From: an uncultured delta proteobacterium
GTDB lineage: Bacteria; Bdellovibrionota; FAC87; UBA2466
DNA: 64,000 nt
Assembly (NCBI GenBank): GCA_963778115.1
Contig: CAVZSV010000004.1
Location: 480,001-544,000, forward strand
Reading direction: 5' to 3'
A program made the position numbers and the translations under genes. Below, piece after piece: positions 19,701 to 27,895 of this stretch (positions within the stretch are counted from its first letter, which is position 1; each line of letters starts with the position of its first letter). The notes beneath the pieces were generated by a model. It saw nothing but the letters and a program-made list of their open reading frames with translations, was not told the origin of the DNA and made no database searches.

Positions 19701-20282
19701 AAAGGCCGCGATCCCTTCTCGCTGAGTGTCTTTCAAAATAAGAGCGGCCTCCTTTGGAGAAAGGTTTTGCCGTTCTTTGGGTGCTCGCGAGGAACTGACA
19801 TAAGGATGAAGGGTATGTCCTCGAAGGGCTTTGAGAAGAAAGCGTTTTACTCGAACCGGTGAACTCTCAAGGTCGTAATCCTTGGGGATAAAAAGAGTCC
19901 GGTTGTTATTGGACTCGAAACGAAAATAGGGTTCGGATCCCTTTTCGACCCAAATAATATTGATGTCTTGTCCGGGACCAAACCCGGAAAGCGTGACTCC
20001 GTTGTCACGAATGCGCCAGGTCCGGTGTTCACCGGCCCCTATAAACATCGATCGGCGCCCTACGGTGGGAAGCAGATACTCTTTGAGAAACTGACGTTGG
20101 TGCGGCGGGAGTCGTTGAAACCTAAAACCCAACTGCTCTGTGAGGTAGGCGTCCCTCCAGGCTTGATCGCAAAGCGCTTTATCAAAGATCTCACGGGCAA
20201 TACTCGGTGAACCGGCACCCAAGACAAAGCAGCAGAGAAGTCGCAAAAGGAGGGTAGAGGATTTTGAAGGGGAACGGACCAT
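16731..20282 (-). CDS. SF2 (ResIII/DEAH-type) helicase with N-terminal signal-peptide-like segment and C-terminal helicase-associated-like repeats
   Basis: GPTGVGKT, IDEAH, GFTATP, MLDEGINVP, QRVGRVLR. Confidence 0.8.
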   Translation of the reverse strand: MVRSPSKSSTLLLRLLCCFVLGAGSPSIAREIFDKALCDQAWRDAYLTEQLGFRFQRLPPHQRQFLKEYLLPTVGRRSMFIGAGEHRTWRIRDNGVTLSGFGPGQDINIIWVEKGSEPYFRFESNNNRTLFIPKDYDLESSPVRVKRFLLKALRGHTLHPYVSSSRAPKERQNLSPKEAALILKDTQREGIAAFEGAMEAGDDSFLFVGPTGVGKTIVMQGALTHLLQKNHDALASRAPGEGRKGIPSLHILFANQVGLVDQLHDDILAMPTHLGYETVRWGGTNRELTQAEKLAAANAPETIDELVRRAESGEPVVLVTTIQTIINKLDKGPFEDPEENRKMNIALLKDHLASLFIDEAHNAGAELTNHFLDDVRGISRNADVPNDRPPHGSAPVVGFTATPIRRDKDLISHVFHDNAFWAYLDNAEGYLKARGKFDRSATEILTQLQTALELGESHPFDTHFINPWHFQDETGHPLFLYPMKQGERVIMNPEQYGNVFNRLRPILENNEHLFFASPTTTEADNLAAFARNLHLKTPSGKEHVIGVLHSNLSPSDQAEIKEKFRKGEITMLFTVGMLDEGINVPTLTAYIDTNHSIAPKELLQRVGRVLRMTEGKVKRSDIVTFQDVNDSDTAMVMDALYNIAKRDYEQHERKIREPRKKRRPKDPTSKGNEEDDLDEADEKEPIVLAPEIVWTASDIEAARQKFFSSNRDHVRGVDAYNKIAQYISNKGAVDEIGGTDPEGRRIHDLLTDILDKPDDPVSMGFTRKSTEVGSPLFQQAIFDFQKRRSAWRKKIETAEGTAEVLQTFLDKRRAPPSLGKNATYGETEIAAAIDRFKHDKTFIKAVLKGNAGNFPSQLGIPPSEVTVARIDDFLERRKALPVPTSVLSSERDLADKLKMTIDSASPDTILDLARAFHDHTERYPQASAVGLEGRLGKALDGVVLDGLNDKDPSQGKQRLHDLVERRLTDDVDSFHLDILAMRDRAENERDAKANAEASSKDSSSKVTSKVANVRTQQLIGLLSSPNRAALGLPPPQKEVTIKLKGGKMGSKKLISFYTNAARSLGLTVAPVVEKEVGRDVYETSIAFQKTQDSPFPSDVFAFENSVCQVAYVDKITYTNNVRVEVIGVGTPPGPKDTVSRFFPTDDPRKKIKDKRNNREVQVQRGKDDGETFSDLFLQMTHQN

Positions 20283-20287
20283 CGGTA

Positions 20288-20317
20288 ACTTATCGGAATA
20301 ACCATATGAAATAATAA
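20288..20317 (-). promoter_or_regulatory. sigma28-like promoter
   Basis: TTAT-N16-TCCGATAA directly upstream of the helicase ATG. Confidence 0.45.
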
Positions 20318-20341
20318 GGTAAAAATAGAAAATATGACCCA

Positions 20342-20923
20342 TTGCTCCAGGGGAAGCAATTTGGTATGAGGACCTTCCCAATGCGCGAAATGGCTTACAT
20401 GATCGGCCTCTTTCTTACCCTGTGCTCCTTCAGCCGAAGCATCGCGTTAAATGGGGATGGCCAGAAATTTTCAAAGCCTACTCCCTGTGGCGCCGATATC
20501 CAGAAATTAAGACGCCATCCGCTTTTCACTGAACAGGGAGAATTACTTCGATTGGCGTGGGTAGCCGAAGAAACCAAGGTAGGAAATCGGATCGACCCCT
20601 CTTACAAAACTGACATTTCACGAAATCATTTCTATGAGGGGAACAGTTCAGAAAATTTCGCGGTCGCGTGTGCGTACGCGGCGGTACTATTTCAATTCCC
20701 CAGCCACACTATCTTGCTAAATCCAACTTCACTTGAGAGAGGAAGGTTTCAAGTGGCATCTTTGGGATTTCTTTCCAGCGTACAGTTCCAGATAATTCTT
20801 CATCCCGACTTGCATTCGAGCCTTAATGAGGGGGAATGGAATGAACTTCAAGAATGGCTAACGCTGCTTCCTCGCACGTATCCCAAATCCGTCTTTATCG
20901 TGTATGCGCCGGATTCCGATTAG
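20342..20923 (+). CDS. secreted hypothetical protein
   Basis: signal-like hydrophobic N-terminus; start probably near 20381. Confidence 0.55.
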   Translation: MLQGKQFGMRTFPMREMAYMIGLFLTLCSFSRSIALNGDGQKFSKPTPCGADIQKLRRHPLFTEQGELLRLAWVAEETKVGNRIDPSYKTDISRNHFYEGNSSENFAVACAYAAVLFQFPSHTILLNPTSLERGRFQVASLGFLSSVQFQIILHPDLHSSLNEGEWNELQEWLTLLPRTYPKSVFIVYAPDSD

Positions 20924-22110
20924 CGAACCCGTGGGACAACAAGAGTAATCCAAGTTCCTTTGCCTGCATAATTTCCCGCATCTACCGTTCCTCCGAAAGT
21001 AGCGACTGCCTTTTTTAATCCCTCCCATCCGGGACACTTGGAAAGATCAACACCCTGCCCGTCGGTAGAAATACCTAACCACAACCACTGGGATCGGTTC
21101 ACGGTATCGGTGATGGCTTGGGCATCAAACTTAATAGACGCAGAAGATCGTTTACCTCGATACCTTCGAGTCTGTTCTGACTCTATGTCTTTGTCGATAA
21201 GTGCTGTCACCACTGATCCTAGACTCTTAAAGACAGGCTTTAGCATCGTTCCATCAACGGTCAGAGAGCCGCCGGAGAAAGACTCTGCCACTATGCGTTT
21301 ATTGGCCAATTTCGATTGAAGCAACGTTAGGTAAAGTAACTGATTATAGAATACGTCGAGTTTGGGCTCCCACAACCGCTGTTGCGGTTGTGATTTCGTC
21401 GATTGCGTTGTCTTGGCTAGAAAACTAGTAACCTGTTCGGGTATTCGAATCGCCGGAAAGAGTAGGAATAAGACAGAGCTGATGATGACGAGCACTAAAG
21501 GTGTCGCCCAAGCTGATATAAAGCTTCCGCGGGCTTTGCTTAATTCTTTATCTAGAGGGTAGTCGACTTGAAGGGTACCCACGACACGTCCGCCGTTACT
21601 GCGCAAGGGGGCGTAAGCGGTGACCCACTCATTACGCTGATCTTCATAAGGCCGAGTCGAAGTGGTGTCTCCGCTACGAATGCTTTTGATAGCCTCTTTA
21701 GTCCAGGGTAGCTCAATCCCTACAAAAGCATCTTTGCCAGAAAGGCCAAAGGCGATGGCTCGCTGATGCGCGGCCGGTGAGGAGAACCACGCTTGTACCA
21801 AATTCGCGGATATCATTGGAGTAAGCGATTGAGATATTTTGCGAAGGCCGGCGCTAATACTGGCAGCAAAATCTGTTTTTCCCCCCCGTACCAACTCATT
21901 TTCAGTGATCGCAATTTCGCGCCCATCCCAAAGAGCGGCCGCCTTTTTGGCAAGCTGCTCCGCGTGGTATGACGAACTTTTTTCGAATTCCGAGACCGCA
22001 CCATGATAGCGCAAATCGGCCCAGCAGACGCTTAGAGCCACCAAGACCAATAAAATGGCGTAATCCATTTTGGTCACGATAGGAAAAGAGAATGGGGTAA
22101 CTTCTTGCAT
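20920..22110 (-). CDS. membrane Cache-like sensor fused to a degenerate CheA-P4-like HATPase
   Basis: TM; YEDQRNEWVTAYAPL...GTLQVD; TM; DIESEQTRRYRGK...STDGQGVD...FGGTV...GKGTWITLVVP. Confidence 0.65.
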   Translation of the reverse strand: MQEVTPFSFPIVTKMDYAILLVLVALSVCWADLRYHGAVSEFEKSSSYHAEQLAKKAAALWDGREIAITENELVRGGKTDFAASISAGLRKISQSLTPMISANLVQAWFSSPAAHQRAIAFGLSGKDAFVGIELPWTKEAIKSIRSGDTTSTRPYEDQRNEWVTAYAPLRSNGGRVVGTLQVDYPLDKELSKARGSFISAWATPLVLVIISSVLFLLFPAIRIPEQVTSFLAKTTQSTKSQPQQRLWEPKLDVFYNQLLYLTLLQSKLANKRIVAESFSGGSLTVDGTMLKPVFKSLGSVVTALIDKDIESEQTRRYRGKRSSASIKFDAQAITDTVNRSQWLWLGISTDGQGVDLSKCPGWEGLKKAVATFGGTVDAGNYAGKGTWITLVVPRVR

Positions 22111-22130
22111 AAGATTTTTGGGTGACTCAC

Positions 22131-22856
22131 TCAGAAAATTCTTAGTGTCACTCGTCGATTCTTTATCTGATTTTCGGGAATTGGCTGCCCCTTACTATCT
22201 CGGTTAGGAGCGATAGGTTCGCAATCCCCATGAGCCATCAGAACGGTTCGTTTGGAAAATTCTGGAGAAAGGTTCATGGCATAGAGAACATAAAGGGCCC
22301 GTTTCGCTGAAAGATCCCAGTTATCTTCGATGGTCTTGGTATGAATGGGAGTGTCATCGGTGTGCCCCTCAATGCCTAGTTTGTAAGGCGCCGGAATCTT
22401 CTCCAAAGTCTTAGCTAAAAGTCTCAAAATCTCAGTTCCGGCATCGGTCGGCCGGTACTCGCCGCTGGAAAAGAGAACTTTATCTTTGATCTCTACTCGC
22501 AGACTGTCGTCTACCTGCTTTACACTAATCTGATCTTGCAGTTTTCTTTCGGTGACCCAAGCATTCAAATTTTGTTTTAGTTGATCGACCGGAGTTTTGG
22601 GCATGTTTTCGTGGCGGATCTGAGCGACTAGTTTTCGAAACTCGTTCTGTTTTATCTGCTTATAGCTAAAACTGAACATCACCACGAAAAAGATGAATAG
22701 CAACATCATCAGATCGCTTAAGCTTACGAGCCATAGATACTCGCCCGTATCTGGCATTCGTTTCGGCACGACTGATTTCACGTAGGGGATCCTTTGGTTA
22801 GGCGACTCTTCGTATCTCTTGCGTCTCTTCTGATGGAATTTGAGCGGAGTCCGCAA
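22131..22856 (-). CDS. motB: MotB-like stator subunit with OmpA_C domain (start may be GTG 22781)
   Basis: WLVSLSDLMMLLFIFFV with conserved Asp; IEGHTDD, NWDLSAKRA, NRRVTL. Confidence 0.9.
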   Translation of the reverse strand: MRTPLKFHQKRRKRYEESPNQRIPYVKSVVPKRMPDTGEYLWLVSLSDLMMLLFIFFVVMFSFSYKQIKQNEFRKLVAQIRHENMPKTPVDQLKQNLNAWVTERKLQDQISVKQVDDSLRVEIKDKVLFSSGEYRPTDAGTEILRLLAKTLEKIPAPYKLGIEGHTDDTPIHTKTIEDNWDLSAKRALYVLYAMNLSPEFSKRTVLMAHGDCEPIAPNRDSKGQPIPENQIKNRRVTLRIF

Positions 22857-23577
22857 AATATTCGGTGGGTTTGCGCTTTTCTAACAGCTCAAGCCATCGA
22901 ATCACTTGATTGTATCCATTCAATTCGACTTCGAGCACGCGCTCAACCTTTTGCTGCAGTGGGGTCCACACCACGAGCGAAAAGAAAAGGCCATAGAAAG
23001 TGGTGAGCAACGCCAAACTCATATGAGAACCTATCTGCGAAGGATCGGAAATGGATGACAGTAGTTCCACCATGCCTAAGATGGTTCCCAACATTCCCAC
23101 TGAAGGGGCTAAACGGACGCCCATACCCAAGGCCCCCATGCACTGAAACAGGTGATTGTGAGTGCGATCCCTTTCAATCTCAAGCATCTCGCGGATATCT
23201 GTAGTAGGAATACGAATGGCCATTCGATCGATGACCTTCTGCACGTAATCGGAAACGCCTTTGGTCTCCAGATCGTCGAAAGCCTTTGCCCCTTCACTGT
23301 AAAACAGACTCCCTACACGTTGTAAAAACACGGCCTCTTTTTCATGCTTTGTCTGCCTTCTAGACGCCGAAGTTCCAAATACCCAGCGAAACGTTCGAAA
23401 TAAGATCGTCCAGTCGGAGCAAGTGATAACCAAAGCAATGGGACCAAGGCCGGTAAGCACCATCGCGGGCCAGTGAAAGATCCGAAAGGCTCCCGTGGCA
23501 AAGGCAGTCCCTTCAAAGTTGTACACGACTGCGAGGCAACCCAAGAGCCCCATGAGTCCAAAGATCCGCGTTATCAT
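22798..23577 (-). CDS. motA: MotA-like stator subunit
   Basis: APSVGMLGTILGMV...DPSQIG..MSLALLTTFYG...P. Confidence 0.88.
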   Translation of the reverse strand: MITRIFGLMGLLGCLAVVYNFEGTAFATGAFRIFHWPAMVLTGLGPIALVITCSDWTILFRTFRWVFGTSASRRQTKHEKEAVFLQRVGSLFYSEGAKAFDDLETKGVSDYVQKVIDRMAIRIPTTDIREMLEIERDRTHNHLFQCMGALGMGVRLAPSVGMLGTILGMVELLSSISDPSQIGSHMSLALLTTFYGLFFSLVVWTPLQQKVERVLEVELNGYNQVIRWLELLEKRKPTEYFADSAQIPSEETQEIRRVA

Positions 23578-25325
23578 GCCATGGCCTCCCTAATGCGCCG
23601 AGTGAGAGAGACCCGGGCACTTTGTGTTGCTTCTTCCGACGCTCCCTTTGCGGATCGCAACTGACTTATCAGGAAACTCTTTCGTCTCGGCGAAAGGGCA
23701 TCCAAAATGACATCGACGGTGTCTTGCGAACACGTCGCTAAAGCCATTGCAAGCTCTTCGTTGTCGACATCCGAGAGTATTTTTCGAAGTAAGTTATCCG
23801 GAAAGGAAGCTACGTCCTCTAGCTTAAATTTGTATTTTCTTAGCGTGGGAGAGATGTTGGGATTGGTGGTTTCAAGATCTCTGATGAGCTCCTCTTGATG
23901 GGTGCTCTCCGAAAGAACGGTTCCCCAGAAATCGACATCTTCGCTGGGAGAGCCGTAGAACCGCTGCGGCATCCGCTGTACCGAGGTTCTCACATCACGT
24001 TCTATTTCCGCTATCTGGCTGAAGTTAATTTGCTGGACCGAGGGAACCTGAGCCAAGATCTCTTGTCGTTTGCCGGGCTCTAAAGTATCGAGCACCATCG
24101 CCGATTGCCTTGCTTTCATAAAACGCAGCATTAAGCACACAGCGACGGGATTTTCCTGATTGGCCAGGGCCAATAGCTGCTCATTATTAAGACTCTGTAG
24201 AAATCCAAAAAACTGCCGATCCTGCCAGTCTGCGGTCTCGGCAAATTCATCAAAGCTTTTTTCATGCTTTGCTAAAATTTCGTCGGGCTCCACAGCAGGG
24301 ATATCACTGCCCACGGGCCGAGCGATTTGCAAGCCATCCAAAAAGTTATCAAAAGCGGGTCCCGAGAGGACCGAATACAACTCATTCTGGACTTCGGCCG
24401 ATAGCTTTGCCCAATACTGCGAAAAAGCACCGGACCGAGTCAGGAATCGTTCCAAAAGACGTTTCCGACGGAAAGCGACTTCTGCCTTTTCATCCAATGC
24501 CTCGTCGTTCTTAGACGCCGATGCCGTGCGGTAACCTAAGGTTCTAGCAGCTTCAAGGATCTTGGGGATGGCCTGCTCATGGCCGCTTGCCGATCTTCGG
24601 CGCTTTGCTCTTGGAGAGGAGGAAGGGGCTTGGTAATTTTTTTCCCGACGGGTACCCACAACTAAAAGAAGAGCCAACAAGAAAACGACCAGCATCAGTA
24701 AAATGAGCCCGGCCCACCGGGCAAACCGCCAGAGCACCTCTTCTACCGTGGGAGGAGGCGGCGGCTCGGGCTTTTTCACTTCTTCTTTGGGAGGCGGCAA
24801 CGGCTTTTCCACTTCCTTGACTGGCTTTAGCATCGGCATCTGGGAAAAGCTGACCACCGAACGCCTGGGAAAATTGGTACCCATATAGTTTTGAGTGAGC
24901 ATTTTAGCGCGCGTTACTAGTCCGGGCGCCAGACTCTCATCAAGACCAATTTGCGCTATCACCATTCTAAGGACGGGAGTTTCGACGTTTCGAAACACTT
25001 GACGCTCATGCCGGGGAAGTTGGGGGGATTCCTTTCTCTCCACTTCGGGCTCAAAGCCAGGCATGACCGGGATCGGATCTTGGTGTTTAGATTCGACGAG
25101 CTGTTCGTCGAGGGTTTCTCCTTCGATCAGTTCCCTATGGTTTTCCGTCTCAACTTGAGCGTTCACTTGGACCAGAAACTGTTCGCGCGGCATCATATGG
25201 CCCAGCAAATTATCCAAATCGGTTTGGACTTTGCTCTCCACAGCGAAAGGATCCAAAGTGGCGTAGGCGTAGGAAGGCAGCCACGCCGAAATAATGATGA
25301 GTAAAATGAAAAGAAGCCACTTCAT
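23574..25325 (-). CDS. FliF(RBM3)-like / TM / FliG middle and C-terminal domain fusion
   Basis: signal peptide; ESKVQ..L..LLG...VQVNAQVE...PG...; TM; QENPVAVCLML; C-terminal match to FliG_C (KLEDV...VDNEELAMAL...LSPR). Confidence 0.75.
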   Translation of the reverse strand: MKWLLFILLIIISAWLPSYAYATLDPFAVESKVQTDLDNLLGHMMPREQFLVQVNAQVETENHRELIEGETLDEQLVESKHQDPIPVMPGFEPEVERKESPQLPRHERQVFRNVETPVLRMVIAQIGLDESLAPGLVTRAKMLTQNYMGTNFPRRSVVSFSQMPMLKPVKEVEKPLPPPKEEVKKPEPPPPPTVEEVLWRFARWAGLILLMLVVFLLALLLVVGTRREKNYQAPSSSPRAKRRRSASGHEQAIPKILEAARTLGYRTASASKNDEALDEKAEVAFRRKRLLERFLTRSGAFSQYWAKLSAEVQNELYSVLSGPAFDNFLDGLQIARPVGSDIPAVEPDEILAKHEKSFDEFAETADWQDRQFFGFLQSLNNEQLLALANQENPVAVCLMLRFMKARQSAMVLDTLEPGKRQEILAQVPSVQQINFSQIAEIERDVRTSVQRMPQRFYGSPSEDVDFWGTVLSESTHQEELIRDLETTNPNISPTLRKYKFKLEDVASFPDNLLRKILSDVDNEELAMALATCSQDTVDVILDALSPRRKSFLISQLRSAKGASEEATQSARVSLTRRIREAMA

Positions 25326-25987
25326 TTATATCGCTCCAAGAGCGTCTTAACTTGGGGATTCGTAGGCTCAAGGGACTGCGCTTTTTCCCAGGATTTCTTG
25401 GCCAAGTCCTTTTGATTTTGGACGTACATGAGGCTACCTTTCATGATCCATCCGCGCACATAGTCAGGCTTTTTCCTTAAGATCTCTTCGACATCTTCAC
25501 TTGCTTCAAAAAATTTCCCTTGGTTATAAAAATGGTTGGCTTCGATAACGAGCTTGTCCGTGTCGTCATATTCCACCACGAGGGGTGCCAGAGGAGGCAG
25601 TGATTGCGGCTTTCGATCTTTGTCGGCTACTTTCTGAGTGTCAAAATCATCCGCGTCATCGTCGTCATCCGCATCAGCGTCCTCTTTAGACGATTTGGAC
25701 TTTTTCTTGGAAGCCTCTCTTTTATGATCGGCTTTATCATCATCAGAATCATTGTCGGAGGTCGTGTTCTTACTGGGATAGACAGGCTTTAGATCAGACA
25801 AAGGAATCTCTATTTTATAGTTCCCGTTGTTCTTAAATCCGATGTCTCCTACCAAAGTCTTAGTTCCCCATGGCGTAACCAACTCTAAATTGTCGCCGGT
25901 TTCTTTCACCGAAAATTGATCAAGTGCGGAGCTATCCGCTGAAACGAGAAGTACTAAGGGCAGTAACAAGTAGCTTCTTTTTCCCAT
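25322..25987 (-). CDS. periplasmic TPR protein with acidic linker
   Basis: signal peptide; Asp-rich tract; two TPRs (ANHFYNQGKF..., AKKSWEKAQSLEP). Confidence 0.75.
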   Translation of the reverse strand: MGKRSYLLLPLVLLVSADSSALDQFSVKETGDNLELVTPWGTKTLVGDIGFKNNGNYKIEIPLSDLKPVYPSKNTTSDNDSDDDKADHKREASKKKSKSSKEDADADDDDDADDFDTQKVADKDRKPQSLPPLAPLVVEYDDTDKLVIEANHFYNQGKFFEASEDVEEILRKKPDYVRGWIMKGSLMYVQNQKDLAKKSWEKAQSLEPTNPQVKTLLERYK

Positions 25988-26003
25988 CGTCGTGATTTCG
26001 CCG

Positions 26004-26948
26004 TTATCTTCCTAAGGAGAATCCAACATGGAATCCCGCGTATCCTTTCACTTCGTTCATGGGGTCGGTTCCCAGAGGCAGTAAATAGACCACCTCCGCT
26101 CCAAGCACCGCAAAGGATCCTAGGAACAACTCGTATGCTCCCCTGACCGCGATTCCTTTTGCCGATCCCGAAAATCCATAGCCCGCTCCAAAATCAAAGG
26201 AATAAGCAAGGCCACTCAGTCCAAACCTCCCGTTAAAGGCCAGTGTGGGATCAATATCGATTAGAGTCGAAGGGCCTCCGGAAACCATGCCGATATCGAG
26301 GCCGCCTTTTCCAAAGCCGATGTCTTCCAAAAGGAGCACATTGGCCCCTGTCAGTACGGCAGTGCCTCCTCCATCAGAGCTTTTTGAAAGGTCCGTTCCC
26401 AGACCGAACAGTGCCAAAAACTGAACCGCGCTATCGGAAATATTCAAAGCGGGAATCGTAAAATGCTCCGCTTGAATGACTTGCCCTTGTGGATTCGAAT
26501 AGACCACGACTTGGGCTAGCAGATTTAGACTCGTTCGATAGAGATCTACGGTGATAAAGGCTTCGACAGGATATTTGCTGCCAATCTTTTTGAGCGTCTC
26601 CTGATCAGGAGCCCCTTTAGTGATGATGACTCTGTCGTCTTCTACCGTCAGCCTGGGAGATCGGCATTCGGAACACGATCTAACATTGGCAATTCGGCGT
26701 GCCGCCATTCCTTTTAGGATCTCGGCCTCTACCACGTCGCTAAAATCTTGTTCCAAAGGCAAATTGGAATGGACCGAAAAAATAGCCACCGATGCCGGCC
26801 GCGGTACGATCCTTGAATACCATTCAGAAATTTCATCCCCGACGGTAGCCGCCGCTTTAAATTCAGCTTCTTCGGGAGGGCGAGCGTAAGAGGAGAAGCT
26901 ACCGAAGACAGAAGTCAAAAGGAGTAGAGGTAAAATAAGTTTTTTCAT
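26004..26948 (-). CDS. secreted protein: CsgG/TolB_N-like alpha/beta domain plus small outer-membrane beta-barrel
   Basis: signal peptide; CSEC; Gly/aromatic strands ending GFHVGFSLGR. Confidence 0.6.
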   Translation of the reverse strand: MKKLILPLLLLTSVFGSFSSYARPPEEAEFKAAATVGDEISEWYSRIVPRPASVAIFSVHSNLPLEQDFSDVVEAEILKGMAARRIANVRSCSECRSPRLTVEDDRVIITKGAPDQETLKKIGSKYPVEAFITVDLYRTSLNLLAQVVVYSNPQGQVIQAEHFTIPALNISDSAVQFLALFGLGTDLSKSSDGGGTAVLTGANVLLLEDIGFGKGGLDIGMVSGGPSTLIDIDPTLAFNGRFGLSGLAYSFDFGAGYGFSGSAKGIAVRGAYELFLGSFAVLGAEVVYLLPLGTDPMNEVKGYAGFHVGFSLGR

Positions 26949-27008
26949 AGGGTCGCTTTAACTCGACGCATCACAAAACGACATTATTGACACTCACTAC
27001 CGATTTAC

Positions 27009-27036
27009 TTATCGGAATTTGTCGTTCGTTTCATAA
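27009..27036 (-). promoter_or_regulatory. sigma28-like promoter of the mot operon
   Basis: TTATG-N16-CCGATAA. Confidence 0.5.
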
Positions 27037-27095
27037 AGCGTACAAATTAGAGAAAAAGTGGGGGGATCTTTGGTTTGAGGTTATGATCAAAAAGT

Positions 27096-27821
27096 ATGCG
27101 AAAGGTCCGATATCTCGCAGTCCTTCTAGCCACTTTCGCGGGAACTGCATGGGCATTGCCTGAACGCGTCGGGTCGATCGATATCATGATGGGGCCGCCC
27201 CAGATAGTGGCGCTCGAAGCACAGGTCGTGCTCTGGAAACATTGGCAGGTTGGATTCGGTTACGGAATTATTCCTGGGGTTGGACCGGCGCTTAGCAACA
27301 TCATTAACATCCCTTCGGAGCAGTACACGATTCCAGGCGGATCGATCTACAAATTGGTTCCCTCAGCGACTTATGGACTGAGCTCGCTTTCGCCCTTTAT
27401 CCGCTTTTTTCCGCGCGATGATAATTTTTATATCCAACTGACCTACGGATTCTTGCGTGCGACCGCCGACGTAACGGCAACGCTTTCGCCGGTGAGTACC
27501 ACACTCCCCATTTCCGGTTCGCTCAGTGGAAACATTACCGTCCTCCAATCGGTACCGACCATAGCGGTGGGAAACCTTTGGATGAGTAAAGCCTTCTTTT
27601 TTAATTTAAGCCTTGGGGCCTCCTTCTTTTTTACCACTACCGCCAGCGTTACTTTGAGCGGCTTTGTTCCGGATGCAAGTAGTTCCACTAGTTCCAACCA
27701 AGCGGCCATCAATACCGTGACCACTCAGTTACAAAACTCCATCGTCCAGTCGGTAAACTCGGTCAAATCGCAGCTATTTCTCATCCCATCCATCAATTTC
27801 GCAATGGGTATTGTCCTTTAA
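27096..27821 (+). CDS. outer-membrane beta-barrel protein, divergent from the mot operon
   Basis: signal peptide AWA; amphipathic strands; C-terminal PSINFAMGIVL. Confidence 0.65.
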   Translation: MRKVRYLAVLLATFAGTAWALPERVGSIDIMMGPPQIVALEAQVVLWKHWQVGFGYGIIPGVGPALSNIINIPSEQYTIPGGSIYKLVPSATYGLSSLSPFIRFFPRDDNFYIQLTYGFLRATADVTATLSPVSTTLPISGSLSGNITVLQSVPTIAVGNLWMSKAFFFNLSLGASFFFTTTASVTLSGFVPDASSSTSSNQAAINTVTTQLQNSIVQSVNSVKSQLFLIPSINFAMGIVL

Positions 27822-27895
27822 CCACTTTTTCGTCTTTCTCTAAAAAAGAGATCGCCAAACCCTCAAAAATAACTATCCTTCGGGGCGGAGAATTT

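Noticed and set aside
16731..20282. Type III restriction subunit
   Set aside because: There is no adjacent methyltransferase and no evident C-terminal nuclease motif.
22131..23577. Zorya (ZorAB) defence system
   Set aside because: MotA lacks the long ZorA cytoplasmic tail, no ZorC/D/E genes are adjacent, and the neighbour is a FliG-domain protein.
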